From: Patescibacteria group bacterium
GTDB lineage: Bacteria; Patescibacteriota; Microgenomatia; UBA1400; PJMF01
Length of the DNA: 64,000 nucleotides
Reading direction: 5' to 3'
Assembly: GCA_016861205.1 (NCBI GenBank)
Contig: BOKX01000001.1
Coordinates: 698,801-762,800, forward strand
Shown here: one piece after another, positions 1 through 9,411 of the stretch
Layout: every line of letters starts with the position of its first letter
How positions within the stretch are numbered: position 1 is the first letter of the stretch
The notes under the pieces: generated by a model
The model's input: only the letters and a program-made list of their open reading frames with translations
The model's database searches: none
What the model was told of the DNA's origin: nothing
Program-made: the position numbers and the translations under genes

Positions 1-5
1 TCGCC

Positions 6-1052
6 TTGGTCAAGTTGGTCAAAGGTCAGCCCACCTACCTGCTGGTGGCGTTGGGCTATCTCACCTTGTTTATGACCGCCTTCTTCTCGAATATTCCAAC
101 AATTTTGATCCTGGCACCTGTCGTGTTAGTTTTGATTCGTGAGTTGAAACTACCGGCCCTGCCCTTTTTGTTCATTATCGTGACAATGGCCAATATTGGC
201 GGGGCGATGACGCCTATCTCCGATCCCACCACCTACTACCAAGCTAAAACTGTGGGGTTGTCGTTTGGCGAAGTCGTCCAAAACTCCGGACTGATCGTGT
301 TGATCTTGAGTGTCATCAGTACTGCGTATGCTCTCCTCGTTTTCCGCAAAGACTTACGCGCCACCAAAGTTAAGGCCAAAGACATCGCCCTGTTTGACCC
401 GCGCAAGGCCATCCAGGATCGCTACATTCTTAAGATCGGACTACCAATCGCAATTCTCAGTATTGTACTTATGGTGCTCAAAGAGCAAATCGCTCACTTG
501 ACCGGAGTCACGCTCGACAATGCCACCATAACCATCGGGGCATCGTTCGCCGCCATTCTGATCTTTCACAAGGAGCCACGGAGTATTTTTCGCAACCTAA
601 TCGACTGGGAAATTATTTTCTTCTTCATCGGCTTGTTCGTGGTAGTTGGCGCCTTGGAGTTTACGAGTGTTATCACCAGTTTGGCTGAGTGGCTGGTCAG
701 CCTGACTCAAGGCCGGATCGAGTGGCTACTTTTCTTAATCGCGATGGGCTCAGGTGCCTTGTCTACCTTTATCGATAACGTGCCTTACAACATCACCATG
801 GTCAGTGCCATTCAAGCTATGGAGCGCAGTGGCTTGTGGGTGTATCCGTTGTGGTGGGCTCTAAACCTGGGCACCTCGATCGGTGGTGCCGGCTCACCGA
901 TTGCTGCTGCCTGCAACGTGATTGCGTTTGGCCAAGCCGAAAAGGAAAAGATTCACGTCAATTTTATGAAATATCTGGCTGTCGCATTTCCGCTGGTTAT
1001 GATCAACTCGCTCGTCACTTTTGCTGTGTTGTGGTTGCGGTATTTGCGGTAA
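6..1052 (+). CDS. Ion-transporter superfamily permease (ArsB/NhaD/CitMHS-like), 5'-partial at window edge
   Basis: Multi-TM hydrophobic profile with repeated halves typical of the anion-permease fold. ORF runs to the window start. Confidence 0.5.
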   Translation: MVKLVKGQPTYLLVALGYLTLFMTAFFSNIPTILILAPVVLVLIRELKLPALPFLFIIVTMANIGGAMTPISDPTTYYQAKTVGLSFGEVVQNSGLIVLILSVISTAYALLVFRKDLRATKVKAKDIALFDPRKAIQDRYILKIGLPIAILSIVLMVLKEQIAHLTGVTLDNATITIGASFAAILIFHKEPRSIFRNLIDWEIIFFFIGLFVVVGALEFTSVITSLAEWLVSLTQGRIEWLLFLIAMGSGALSTFIDNVPYNITMVSAIQAMERSGLWVYPLWWALNLGTSIGGAGSPIAAACNVIAFGQAEKEKIHVNFMKYLAVAFPLVMINSLVTFAVLWLRYLR

Positions 1053-1091
1053 TGTTGGCTAGAAAAAATCTCAAGATACAGTGTGGAAATG

Positions 1092-1178
1092 TGGCGGAGA
1101 GTACAGGATTCGAACCTGTGAGGGCTTGCGCCCACTGGTTTTCAAGACCAGCGCCATAAACCACTCGGCCAACTCTCC
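1092..1178 (-). tRNA. tRNA-Ser (anticodon TGA)
   Basis: Cloverleaf readable on the minus strand: acceptor GGAGAGT/ACTCTCC, anticodon loop CTTGAAA, long variable arm, T-loop TTCGAAT, encoded CCA. Confidence 0.85.
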
Positions 1179-1231
1179 AGATAAAACCAGGTGTAATTGT
1201 ACCATGCAGTTGGGTTTACGACCTCCCCCGA

Positions 1232-2125
1232 ATGAGGTACACTGATAGCATGACTTCCGGCCCCATTAGTGGTCAAGCGTACATTGAACAGCTCCGGGCT
1301 CGTCGGCTGGCTAGTCGCGGGCCGGCTCCTGCGGCTGCCACTACTGACCCTGTTCAACCTACCCTCACCTCGCCACCTCAGCCAACGGTAGACCCAGTGG
1401 CTGCGGTTTCACCGGCTCAAGTTGCACCTTCTCCAGAGCCAACACCAGTTGCTTCCACGGCTGTCCCGGCTCCAGAACCGGCCAACATGGACCCCGTGAC
1501 TGCTCAACTCGAGGCTATGCAAGCTGCTGGTTATGACTATCAAGGTCAGGCGGTTGATCAAAGTTATGACCCCAGCCAAGATCCTAGCGTGTATGTTCAG
1601 CCAGGTAATGATCAACTCTTCCCTGGCTATGACCGGCCACTTCCGGAAGAAACTGTTTTTGAGTGGATGGCGCCGAGTCGCCCCTTCAAAAAACGGAGTC
1701 GCCAGTACTTTAGTACTGTCGCAATTATCTCCATTTTAGTGTCGATGATCCTGTTCTTTGCTGGCCAAATGCTCCCCATCGCAGTGGTCATTTCAGTTGC
1801 CTTTTTAGCTTACGTCTTGGCAGTGGTCCCACCAGATACCATTCGTCTCAGGATTACTACCTACGGTATCCGGAGCGACAATCAAATCTTTTACTGGGAT
1901 GAACTTGGGCGCTTTTGGTTTAGTGAAAAGTTTGGTCAAAAATTGGTCAATATTGAGGTGAATCGGTTCCCATTTCGCTTAGGACTCTTGCTCAACGATC
2001 AACCAGAGGAAACTTTGCGAGAAATTTTGTCGGAAGTTTTACTCGAAGAAAAGCCGCCAGCGACAGGTTTTGACCGAGCTGCCGAGTGGTTGCAACACAA
2101 AATTCCACTCGAATTTGACCATTAA
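1232..2125 (+). CDS. Hypothetical membrane protein with Pro/Ala-rich N-terminus
   Basis: Long ORF with a low-complexity P/A/T-rich N-terminal region followed by two predicted TM helices. No recognisable catalytic motifs. Confidence 0.5.
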   Translation: MRYTDSMTSGPISGQAYIEQLRARRLASRGPAPAAATTDPVQPTLTSPPQPTVDPVAAVSPAQVAPSPEPTPVASTAVPAPEPANMDPVTAQLEAMQAAGYDYQGQAVDQSYDPSQDPSVYVQPGNDQLFPGYDRPLPEETVFEWMAPSRPFKKRSRQYFSTVAIISILVSMILFFAGQMLPIAVVISVAFLAYVLAVVPPDTIRLRITTYGIRSDNQIFYWDELGRFWFSEKFGQKLVNIEVNRFPFRLGLLLNDQPEETLREILSEVLLEEKPPATGFDRAAEWLQHKIPLEFDH

Positions 2126-2203
2126 TAACAAGAAAGTTGCTAAAAGCAGTTTGACTGATCCGCCTTTACATCTGGGGGTCTGCCTTTTACAATACCACTA
2201 CTT

Positions 2204-2280
2204 GCACTCGTAGCTCAGTTGGATAGAGCATCAGTTTGCGGAACTGAGGGTCGTGCGTTCGAATCGCGCCGAGTGCACCA
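2204..2280 (+). tRNA. tRNA-Arg (anticodon GCG)
   Basis: Canonical 77-nt cloverleaf: GCACTCG acceptor, D-loop AGTTGGAT, anticodon loop TTGCGGA, T-loop TTCGAAT, encoded CCA. Confidence 0.8.
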
Positions 2281-2735
2281 TGAACAGCGAAGTTGCGGCG
2301 GCCTTCGGTACGCTCTACCAGAAACTTTTTGATCAGCGATTTTCGACCGAACCGCTCACTGAAGTGGCCGCCCAAGAAGTTCAAGCCGCTATAAAAAACC
2401 TGATTCAGACAGCCGGTTCAGATTTTAACTTCTTATCCTCACTCGTTAATGAACTCCAGACCAGTGACAAAGGCTCTGGCTTTGACAAACTACTCAAGAC
2501 ACTCCGAGGTGAAAGAATCGCTTCTGGTCCAACCTACGAAGGCTTAGCTTTATTAGCAATTGTGGAAGCTCTGAGTGAAACACCCAACTACCAAGCCATG
2601 GCAAACAAAGCTATAACCGAGTGGTTTGCGTACTTCAAACGTGCCTACAGCTGGGACCAAACATCGGCTAAAACAAAAGCCCAACCACTAATACCTCATT
2701 TGCCTCGAGTTAAAGCTTTGTTCGACGGTACATAA
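2280..2735 (+). CDS. Hypothetical protein
   Basis: ORF 2253..2735. The first ATG (2280) overlaps the A of the tRNA CCA end. No recognisable motifs. Confidence 0.4.
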   Translation: MNSEVAAAFGTLYQKLFDQRFSTEPLTEVAAQEVQAAIKNLIQTAGSDFNFLSSLVNELQTSDKGSGFDKLLKTLRGERIASGPTYEGLALLAIVEALSETPNYQAMANKAITEWFAYFKRAYSWDQTSAKTKAQPLIPHLPRVKALFDGT

Positions 2736-2737
2736 CC

Positions 2738-4879
2738 TTACATTTTAGGTGGATCAAACACATCGAGTATCTTGCCAAAGGCAGTAGTAAGTCGTGACTC
2801 AAACTCTGCTGGTTGTTTGGCGTGACTCTTCTTTTCGTTACGATAGGTAATCTTCAGCTGACCTTGGTCAACCCAGTCACATCCGTAGGTATCCTCGTGG
2901 GTGTCATCTCGAGCTGAAGTGAAACCATCATTAATGACCCCTTCATGAGAGTAATCATCACCCCGACCAGAGATCGGCATCGAGATGGTGGTGGTATTGG
3001 TCACCAGTCTGGCTCGGAACTTGTCAAAGTACTTACCCAACTTTTCAACCAAGAATCGTTTGTTGGGATTGATGAGACCACCTGAGCACACCGCCAAAAC
3101 TTGCGGAATCCCTCGACTTTTCCGACACTCGTCGCGCCGCTCAGACATGGCTTGCAGACATACCTTCAAAACGCGCTCCTCACGCGGCGTAAGTCCTCGG
3201 CCATCCTCCCGCGTCAAAGCCCGAATTAAGAACTTAGGCATGGTCACAATGGCTGGACTCAGGCCATGATGACGCAGCTCTGCTTCGACAAAATGGGCAT
3301 CTTGATGATTACCGGCGGCCATAATAGCCAAGGTGAGGAAGTTGTGCAGGGTTCGTTGGTCAAGTTTCTTTTCGTGCTGGGGCACGTCGACCGCCGACTC
3401 AACTTTGGCTTGCTGGTGGATTTTGTTGATTCGCTTCTGGTCAATCGGTACAGTGACCTCCATCACGTCCGCCTCCGCGTTGGTGAGTTCCCGGGTATCC
3501 AAACCATTGTTCAGCGGATCAATAGTATTGAAGTCCTGTTGACGATCGCTGTACTCACTTTTGCGCGCAATAACTCTTTTCAGCGTGTTCGGCAAAATGT
3601 GGTTCAACATTTTCCTGACCACTGCTCCATCGTGATGAATGTGCGAAGCTTTGGTGCTGATGGTTTTAACTGCGTATTCACTGCCGGTTTTGACTAAACC
3701 TAGCCGATAGGTCAACGGAATACTCGGACCATAGGTCAAACTGGTGTAAGCGTGTTGGGTCCAGTTCAAACTAGTCCGAGTAGGATCGGTCAGAACGAAC
3801 ACTAGATCAGCGGCGGTCGGATCGCTCAAGTCTTCCCGTGGCGAAGGTCCATTCGGATTTTGGGGAGAAGGTTGGTATACGTCTTGGGTAGTAACTTTAC
3901 CACGAAAAGCTTTCTCTTGCTTACCAGTCGTATCAAAGTCATGCCAAACTGCACGTTGCTCTACTGGACCACGATGCAGCTGGTTGATAAGCGACTCATA
4001 CACTCGGCTGGCGTCGTTATCTTTCAGCAACTCAGCTGCAATCTTGAGCTTACAAAACTGACCGTTTGCATGAATGATGATGTAGTATTCCGGTCTTTCC
4101 GGCAGCGCCACCTGAGTCACCCCCATTTCGGGATGATCGGTGTACATCGCCTGGTGACGAGCTCCATACAAGACTTTTAAACTTTGCAGTGCCAACTCGG
4201 CCACAACGTAGTATGGATTAACGTTTCGGAGCTTTTCGGTGGTAATTGTGTCACCAGGTTCGCCTTCGCGGCTACTTTCCTGGATGCGATGAGCTTGAAC
4301 AAAACTTGACGCATCACTGTTTATCTTTTGGTTGAGGACTTCTTTTTGAACTAAAATTTCTTGGCTCTCACCCGTCGCCGGATCGGTCACAGACTCCATG
4401 ACCGGTTTGGTTTCTGCCTGCCACATCTTAGGCACGTCCGGTGCAAAGTGTTCTTGGAGGTGTGCTTTACTCCAGCTCACTAAAAAACTACTAGAACTCA
4501 GGCGACTCAACTCCTGAATCCGCACACGAGATAAGGCATTCACGACCGGATACTTGCTCAACCCCCGCAGTCTCTCCTGAAAGGTCAGGTGCCGCAGTGC
4601 GTTCTGCATCAAAGCTAGGTTGCTTTCTTGATTTTGGGCTTCCACAAACTCGGGGGGCAGTCGGTACTTATCGTGGTTTGAACTAAGACCAACAGCTTCG
4701 GCCAACCGTCGATAGTCACCTGAAGTTTGCCTGAGTTTGGTTTCTTTTTGTTCGGCGGGAGTCTCGGCCAATTTAGCAGCTGCTTTGGCAGCCCACTGCT
4801 GCAGCTCAGCTTCGATTACATGCGCTGGTTTAGTAACATCGCCACTGGAACTAGCAGCCACCACAGAAGTTTCGGGCAT
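2738..4879 (-). CDS. Large hypothetical soluble protein (713 aa); single GNH(D/E)-like motif only
   Basis: Uninterrupted 2.1-kb ORF with no TM segments. Contains 'AAGNHQD', reminiscent of metallophosphoesterase motif V, but the other motifs were not found. Confidence 0.5.
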   Translation of the reverse strand: MPETSVVAASSSGDVTKPAHVIEAELQQWAAKAAAKLAETPAEQKETKLRQTSGDYRRLAEAVGLSSNHDKYRLPPEFVEAQNQESNLALMQNALRHLTFQERLRGLSKYPVVNALSRVRIQELSRLSSSSFLVSWSKAHLQEHFAPDVPKMWQAETKPVMESVTDPATGESQEILVQKEVLNQKINSDASSFVQAHRIQESSREGEPGDTITTEKLRNVNPYYVVAELALQSLKVLYGARHQAMYTDHPEMGVTQVALPERPEYYIIIHANGQFCKLKIAAELLKDNDASRVYESLINQLHRGPVEQRAVWHDFDTTGKQEKAFRGKVTTQDVYQPSPQNPNGPSPREDLSDPTAADLVFVLTDPTRTSLNWTQHAYTSLTYGPSIPLTYRLGLVKTGSEYAVKTISTKASHIHHDGAVVRKMLNHILPNTLKRVIARKSEYSDRQQDFNTIDPLNNGLDTRELTNAEADVMEVTVPIDQKRINKIHQQAKVESAVDVPQHEKKLDQRTLHNFLTLAIMAAGNHQDAHFVEAELRHHGLSPAIVTMPKFLIRALTREDGRGLTPREERVLKVCLQAMSERRDECRKSRGIPQVLAVCSGGLINPNKRFLVEKLGKYFDKFRARLVTNTTTISMPISGRGDDYSHEGVINDGFTSARDDTHEDTYGCDWVDQGQLKITYRNEKKSHAKQPAEFESRLTTAFGKILDVFDPPKM

Positions 4880-4928
4880 AACAACTACTTCAGTTTACAC
4901 TGAAACCGCATCTGGTTCTAGCCAGATT

Positions 4929-6344
4929 CTAGCCGAGGGCGTGGGTGTTCACACCCTTGCTCCAGTCGATCTCAGGGTGAGATGACAACATGGTTTTCAA
5001 CTGAGCTTTGATTTCGTCGTAAATCTCTTGGGTCTTGCCCTCAAACTTAACCGTGATGTACGGACCATTTTGAGAAGCCCGAGTGATAATCATGCGATCT
5101 GGCAAGTCGGCGCGAACCCCATCAATCGTGGTGTACTGGGCTGACGGCCAAAGCTTCTCGAAATCAGCTTTGATGACTGTGTCGATGAACTTGAACTTAA
5201 TGTCATCAGCCAAACCGAACTTGATCTCAGGACTACTGACGTAGACAGATAGCTCAGCAACCGCTTCACTCAATTTCTGGTTTTTGCGCTCCAGGTATGA
5301 GAGTAATCGCAAACTGGCATAGGCTCCGTCATCGTGACCGTAGAAGTTGTCGGTAAAGTAAATGTGACCTGACAACTCACCACCGAAGGGGGCGCCGGTT
5401 TCTTTGACCTTTGCCTTGATGAATGAGTGACCAGTGGTCCACATGACTGGCTTGCCACCAGCCTGCTCGATAGCGTCGGTGACTTGGCGAGAACACAAAG
5501 TGTTGTAGACAATCGACGCTCCTGGAATGAAGTCCAGCACATCTTTGGAAAAGATAGCGACGATAGTGTCCATCCAGAGGGTGCGACCATTTTCATCGAC
5601 TACAGCCATTCGGTCACCATCGGTGTCGTAGGCAAAGCCGAGATCTGCTCCAGCTTTTTTGACGCCTTCACCCAAGCGCTCAAGCACCTCAACTTCGGTT
5701 GGATCTGGGACGCCCAGAGGAAAGTTGCCATCCAGAGTTGTGTTCTGCTCGATGACTTCACAGCCCGCGGCTCGGAAGATGTCAGGATAGAACATACCTG
5801 AAGTCGTGTTACAGGCGTCGATGACGATTTTCCATTTCTTCTTGAGACTAAAGTGCTTGAGCAAGTGTTTTTTGTACTCTGGGAAAACGTCCACTTTTTG
5901 GTTCGTACCGTGGCCTTCGACAAATTTTTGACTGTCGACAATACTCTTGAAGTATTGAATGTCCTCGGTAACCATGGTTTCTGAGTAGCCAGTCCCCAAC
6001 TTCAGACCATTGAACTCTTTGGGGTTGTGCGAAGCTGAGATCATGGCACTGCCCTTGGTCTTGAATTCATAGGCCGAGTAGTACACGATCTGACTCAGTG
6101 ACAGCCCGAGGTCGTAGGTGTTGATGCCACCCTCGTTGAGACCTTGAATGAAGGCCGCAGCAAAAGCTGGACTGGTCAGCCGGTTGTCCTGACCCACGGC
6201 GGCTTCACTAATGCGGCGCTGACTCAGATAAGTTGCGTACGCGCGACCTAAGGTGTACATCACGTCTTCGTTGAGCTCTTCACCCGCTAAGCCGCGAATG
6301 TCATAACCTCGGAAAATGACTGGTTTAACACTAACAATCTGCAT
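4929..6344 (-). CDS. Phosphomannomutase/phosphoglucomutase (alpha-D-phosphohexomutase family)
   Basis: Active-site 'SASHNP' phosphoserine loop and 'DTDGDR' metal-binding loop. Start moved to the internal ATG (6344), which is preceded by an AAGGAGG Shine-Dalgarno. Confidence 0.85.
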   Translation of the reverse strand: MQIVSVKPVIFRGYDIRGLAGEELNEDVMYTLGRAYATYLSQRRISEAAVGQDNRLTSPAFAAAFIQGLNEGGINTYDLGLSLSQIVYYSAYEFKTKGSAMISASHNPKEFNGLKLGTGYSETMVTEDIQYFKSIVDSQKFVEGHGTNQKVDVFPEYKKHLLKHFSLKKKWKIVIDACNTTSGMFYPDIFRAAGCEVIEQNTTLDGNFPLGVPDPTEVEVLERLGEGVKKAGADLGFAYDTDGDRMAVVDENGRTLWMDTIVAIFSKDVLDFIPGASIVYNTLCSRQVTDAIEQAGGKPVMWTTGHSFIKAKVKETGAPFGGELSGHIYFTDNFYGHDDGAYASLRLLSYLERKNQKLSEAVAELSVYVSSPEIKFGLADDIKFKFIDTVIKADFEKLWPSAQYTTIDGVRADLPDRMIITRASQNGPYITVKFEGKTQEIYDEIKAQLKTMLSSHPEIDWSKGVNTHALG

Positions 6345-6532
6345 GAGCCTCCTTGCCCTGCCGCCATTTGGCAGCATGTCCCGCCGGTAGCGGGCCTTTG
6401 TGGTTGGTTCACTGTTGATATCGACCCTGAGCCATAGCTGTTAAGGGATGAAAACTATCATACCGGATCAGCATACTTTGACAAGGTGGGCTTACCAGAT
6501 CACACCTCGTAAGCTACAATATAGCTATTGAG

Positions 6533-6549
6533 CCCCGCCGGAGGCGGGG
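6533..6549. repeat. GC-rich palindromic hairpin CCCCGCCGGAGGCGGGG (copy 1 of 2)
   Basis: Perfect 7-bp stem with a GGAG loop immediately upstream of tRNA-Ser. The same motif recurs at 37022-37042. Confidence 0.6.
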
Positions 6550-6558
6550 CGATCGCGT

Positions 6559-6648
6559 GGAGAGGTGCCGGAGTGGCTGAACGGCCAGGTCTCGAAAACC
6601 TTGGGAGTCGTAAGACTCACGCGGGTTCGAATCCCGCCTTCTCCGCCA
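6559..6648 (+). tRNA. tRNA-Ser (anticodon CGA)
   Basis: 90-nt class-II tRNA: GGAGAGG acceptor, anticodon loop CTCGAAA, long variable arm, T-loop TTCGAAT, CCA encoded. Confidence 0.85.
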
Positions 6649-6650
6649 AG

Positions 6651-7373
6651 ATGAAATTACTCAAGTCAACACTTGCATTTGTAAGTCCTGTCGCTGATAT
6701 ACTCGGGATACTGGGCTTCTTTGGCCTTAGCATTAAAAACTTTAATCTTGTCGATAATGCCTGGTATGTTTATTTGATTTTAATGTTTTCGTTAATTATT
6801 TTTTGGCGATTAATTCTAAAAAATTTGAAAGAAATACGCCAAATATATGTAAACACAAAGATTGATATTGAGTTTGAAAAAATATCATCACAAGCTAATA
6901 TAAAAAAAATTCAGAAATCTTTGCCGTCAACTGAAGCACTTCACTTTTTGTATGAAAGGGCGTTGACAAAAATTCACAATTGGGCAGACGATGCCCTAGT
7001 CTTTGACTTTGCTCTTTATCTCGACTACGCAGACTCTTCGTGGACAAAACCACAAATACAAGTTATGGCTTACTCTAATTGGAAAAAAGAAGAAGGTTGG
7101 TTCTATGAAGGATCTTTTTCCTCAGAAGATTTTTATGAGGTGGAAAAGAATCATCATGAGGCACTTGCCAAAAGTGACTTATTTTTTAAAGTAAACAAGA
7201 GTTGGCAACAAATAGTAAAAAAGGCATTCGATGCAGTGAATAACAAATTAACAAACGAATGCAAAATTAGAATTGACAAAGATTCAATCTGGATTTCGTT
7301 TCATGAAGGCAAAGTCAAAAAAACCAAAATGTTTACAGTAAAAAACAACTTTACAGAACTAATTCCACGGTGA
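6651..7373 (+). CDS. AT-rich ORFan with N-terminal membrane anchor (hypothetical)
   Basis: ATG lies 3 nt after the tRNA-Ser CCA. The region is strikingly AT-rich (about 30% GC) against a background near 50%. Lys/Asn/Ile-rich product with one N-terminal TM. Confidence 0.5.
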   Translation: MKLLKSTLAFVSPVADILGILGFFGLSIKNFNLVDNAWYVYLILMFSLIIFWRLILKNLKEIRQIYVNTKIDIEFEKISSQANIKKIQKSLPSTEALHFLYERALTKIHNWADDALVFDFALYLDYADSSWTKPQIQVMAYSNWKKEEGWFYEGSFSSEDFYEVEKNHHEALAKSDLFFKVNKSWQQIVKKAFDAVNNKLTNECKIRIDKDSIWISFHEGKVKKTKMFTVKNNFTELIPR

Positions 7374-7709
7374 CTTCCTGTTAACTTCGTTTTTATCTTC
7401 TCGCCAACTCGCCCAGTACAACCCACCAAGCACTACTAGTGGTCCGGAAATAGTCAGGTACCAACTGATCGGTCGATCAAAACCAACTAGGATAACATAC
7501 AGCGCGGCCAACACCGGATACACCACTGCCCCCACCCAGGCCCACCGCCACGCTACCATCGCCACACCCAGCAACACTAGAGCTGGCAACAAGTGGATCA
7601 GGAGTGGCAGTACCACTGTCAGACCTTGGTTCTCGCTGAATACATCCGACGCGAACAGCGCCAGAAAAGCCGTAGTTAACAAACTTAAAACCCGGGGACA
7701 CCAATACAA
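7359..7709 (-). CDS. Small integral membrane protein (hypothetical)
   Basis: 116-aa ORF with 3-4 hydrophobic helices. Confidence 0.4.
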   Translation of the reverse strand: MYWCPRVLSLLTTAFLALFASDVFSENQGLTVVLPLLIHLLPALVLLGVAMVAWRWAWVGAVVYPVLAALYVILVGFDRPISWYLTISGPLVVLGGLYWASWREDKNEVNRKSPWN

Positions 7710-7815
7710 AAAGCTCGTTTTCGTACTTCTATTTCACCACCAACTGCCGTCCCAGTCAACTTGGCATAAACCTGGTATAATCTGGCTGACACGCGTTACC
7801 AGATGGGAGCTAAAC

Positions 7816-8634
7816 ATGAACAACGCCGAATACGGATCAAAAGTAATGGGGACCAGCCAGTTTGAGACTCAAAAGCCCCCCGCTCCTGAGCAGACCGCCA
7901 CTCCAGTCGCAACCGCAGTCGCTGAAGCTCAGCCCGCTCAACCATCTCGCATTCCACCTGAAAAAATGACCCGCTTGCAAGAGATCTACAAAGGTCTCAC
8001 TTTTGAACCCGATGATGCTCGCGTCACAGCTGTTGGCGACCTACTCAACCCAGCTGATCGACCATTGATCGTTCGTTCTGAAGATGTCAAAGGGCCGTAT
8101 CTCGAAGAAAAATATCACCTGCCGGTAGGTTTGTCGGGAGATTTCCGGTTTCTGTTTGAAGCTAAGCGGTTACTGAATCCTGACGCCAGTGATCCAAATG
8201 CTGACGTCAGCACACTTGAAGAGGTCGGCGCCAATGTAGAGGGTGACCCAGCAATGCTCAGGCAAGTTCAAGACCTTTTGGAGTCAAACCCCGCAGTTGA
8301 TCCTTCTATTTCTGTCATAAATTATGGCGGTAGTTTGCTCATCAACTTCAAACTGCCTGATAAACTCAGAGCTGTTGGCCCCAACTCTGCACAGCTCGCA
8401 CACCTGAGCGCTGAAGTAGCTGTGCAACTGGCACTGCGATTCCAGTCCCGCGGACATGCGGTTGGCGAGCCCCAACAGCAGGCAGCTTGGTTTGTCGACG
8501 CCATCTCGAGCACTGCTCAACACTACCTCAAACAAGCTTTTGACGATCTCATCGCTGAAACTGAACCAGCTCGGCAAGCCTACTACCAGCGGCTCAGAGA
8601 CAAAAAGGCTGCCGAATCTGGTAACCAGAGTTAA
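7816..8634 (+). CDS. Hypothetical protein
   Basis: 272-aa ORF with acidic/proline-rich regions and no recognisable motifs. Confidence 0.45.
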   Translation: MNNAEYGSKVMGTSQFETQKPPAPEQTATPVATAVAEAQPAQPSRIPPEKMTRLQEIYKGLTFEPDDARVTAVGDLLNPADRPLIVRSEDVKGPYLEEKYHLPVGLSGDFRFLFEAKRLLNPDASDPNADVSTLEEVGANVEGDPAMLRQVQDLLESNPAVDPSISVINYGGSLLINFKLPDKLRAVGPNSAQLAHLSAEVAVQLALRFQSRGHAVGEPQQQAAWFVDAISSTAQHYLKQAFDDLIAETEPARQAYYQRLRDKKAAESGNQS

Positions 8635-8729
8635 GTGGCTGACTGCTCGCCACATCAAGTGCACCATAGCTCTACCAGAGCATATTTCGTGTTACTATAA
8701 GGTCGTTCCCAAAAATCAAGTAAACCGTT

Positions 8730-9401
8730 ATGACCAACAACCACCCCACCTCCCAACTCAAACGTTTGCAACTAGCGGCGCTGGAGTTTCGTGATGAACG
8801 CAACTGGGCCCAATGGCACCACCCCAAAGCCCTCGGCATTGGTCTGTTTGTGGAAGCCGGTGAGTTGGCTGAGCACTTTCAATACCACCGCGACCACGAA
8901 CTGTCTGATCAGTTGCAAGCCAATTTAGCGGGTGTGACCGAAGAACTTTGTGACGTCCTGTATTGGCTGTGCATTATTTCCCATGAAGCTGGCATCGACT
9001 TGGAGCAAGCCTTTCTCCACAAGATGCGTAAGAATCGCAAACCAAACGAGTCCAAAGGTTACATTTCAGTCGACATGGATGTTCCGTCCACATTAGAGTC
9101 TTTGGCTGAAATGACTGAACTCGTCCAGGAGCTACGCAACAAGCGTGGCTGGCACAATCAGCTCGATCCACGCGACTTGTTGTACAAACTGATTGAAGAA
9201 ATTGGTGAAGTGGCTGAACACTTTCAGTGGGCACATGATGAGGAGTTAACTGCTCACCTTCTCGAGCATCAAGAGGATTTAGCAGATGAATTAGCCGACT
9301 GCTTAATTTGCGTTTTGTTGATGGTGCATACCTTACAGGTTCAGCTCGAGCCAGCGTTTATGGACAAACTGGCCAAAAATCGGCTGAAATACCCTGTTTA
9401 A
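8730..9401 (+). CDS. Tandem MazG-like all-alpha NTP pyrophosphohydrolase
   Basis: Two repeated modules, each with the EExxE...ExxD metal-binding signature (GELAEHFQ...EELCDVLYWL and EEIGEVAEHFQ...DELADCLICVL). Confidence 0.7.
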   Translation: MTNNHPTSQLKRLQLAALEFRDERNWAQWHHPKALGIGLFVEAGELAEHFQYHRDHELSDQLQANLAGVTEELCDVLYWLCIISHEAGIDLEQAFLHKMRKNRKPNESKGYISVDMDVPSTLESLAEMTELVQELRNKRGWHNQLDPRDLLYKLIEEIGEVAEHFQWAHDEELTAHLLEHQEDLADELADCLICVLLMVHTLQVQLEPAFMDKLAKNRLKYPV

Positions 9402-9411
9402 AGCTGCCTAT

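Noticed and set aside
2985-4180. Several 60-140-aa plus-strand ORFs inside the 713-aa minus-strand gene
   Set aside because: Antisense ORFs inside a long uninterrupted CDS. No RBS or start context.
5270-5941. Three >100-aa ORFs (5270..5596-, 5427..5801+, 5600..5941-) inside the phosphomannomutase gene
   Set aside because: Alternate-frame or antisense ORFs within a well-supported CDS. Low-complexity Ser/Thr-rich translations. No independent signals.
6479-6520. TTGACA ... TACAAT as a sigma70 promoter for tRNA-Ser
   Set aside because: Spacer is about 31 nt, far from the 17 ± 1 optimum.
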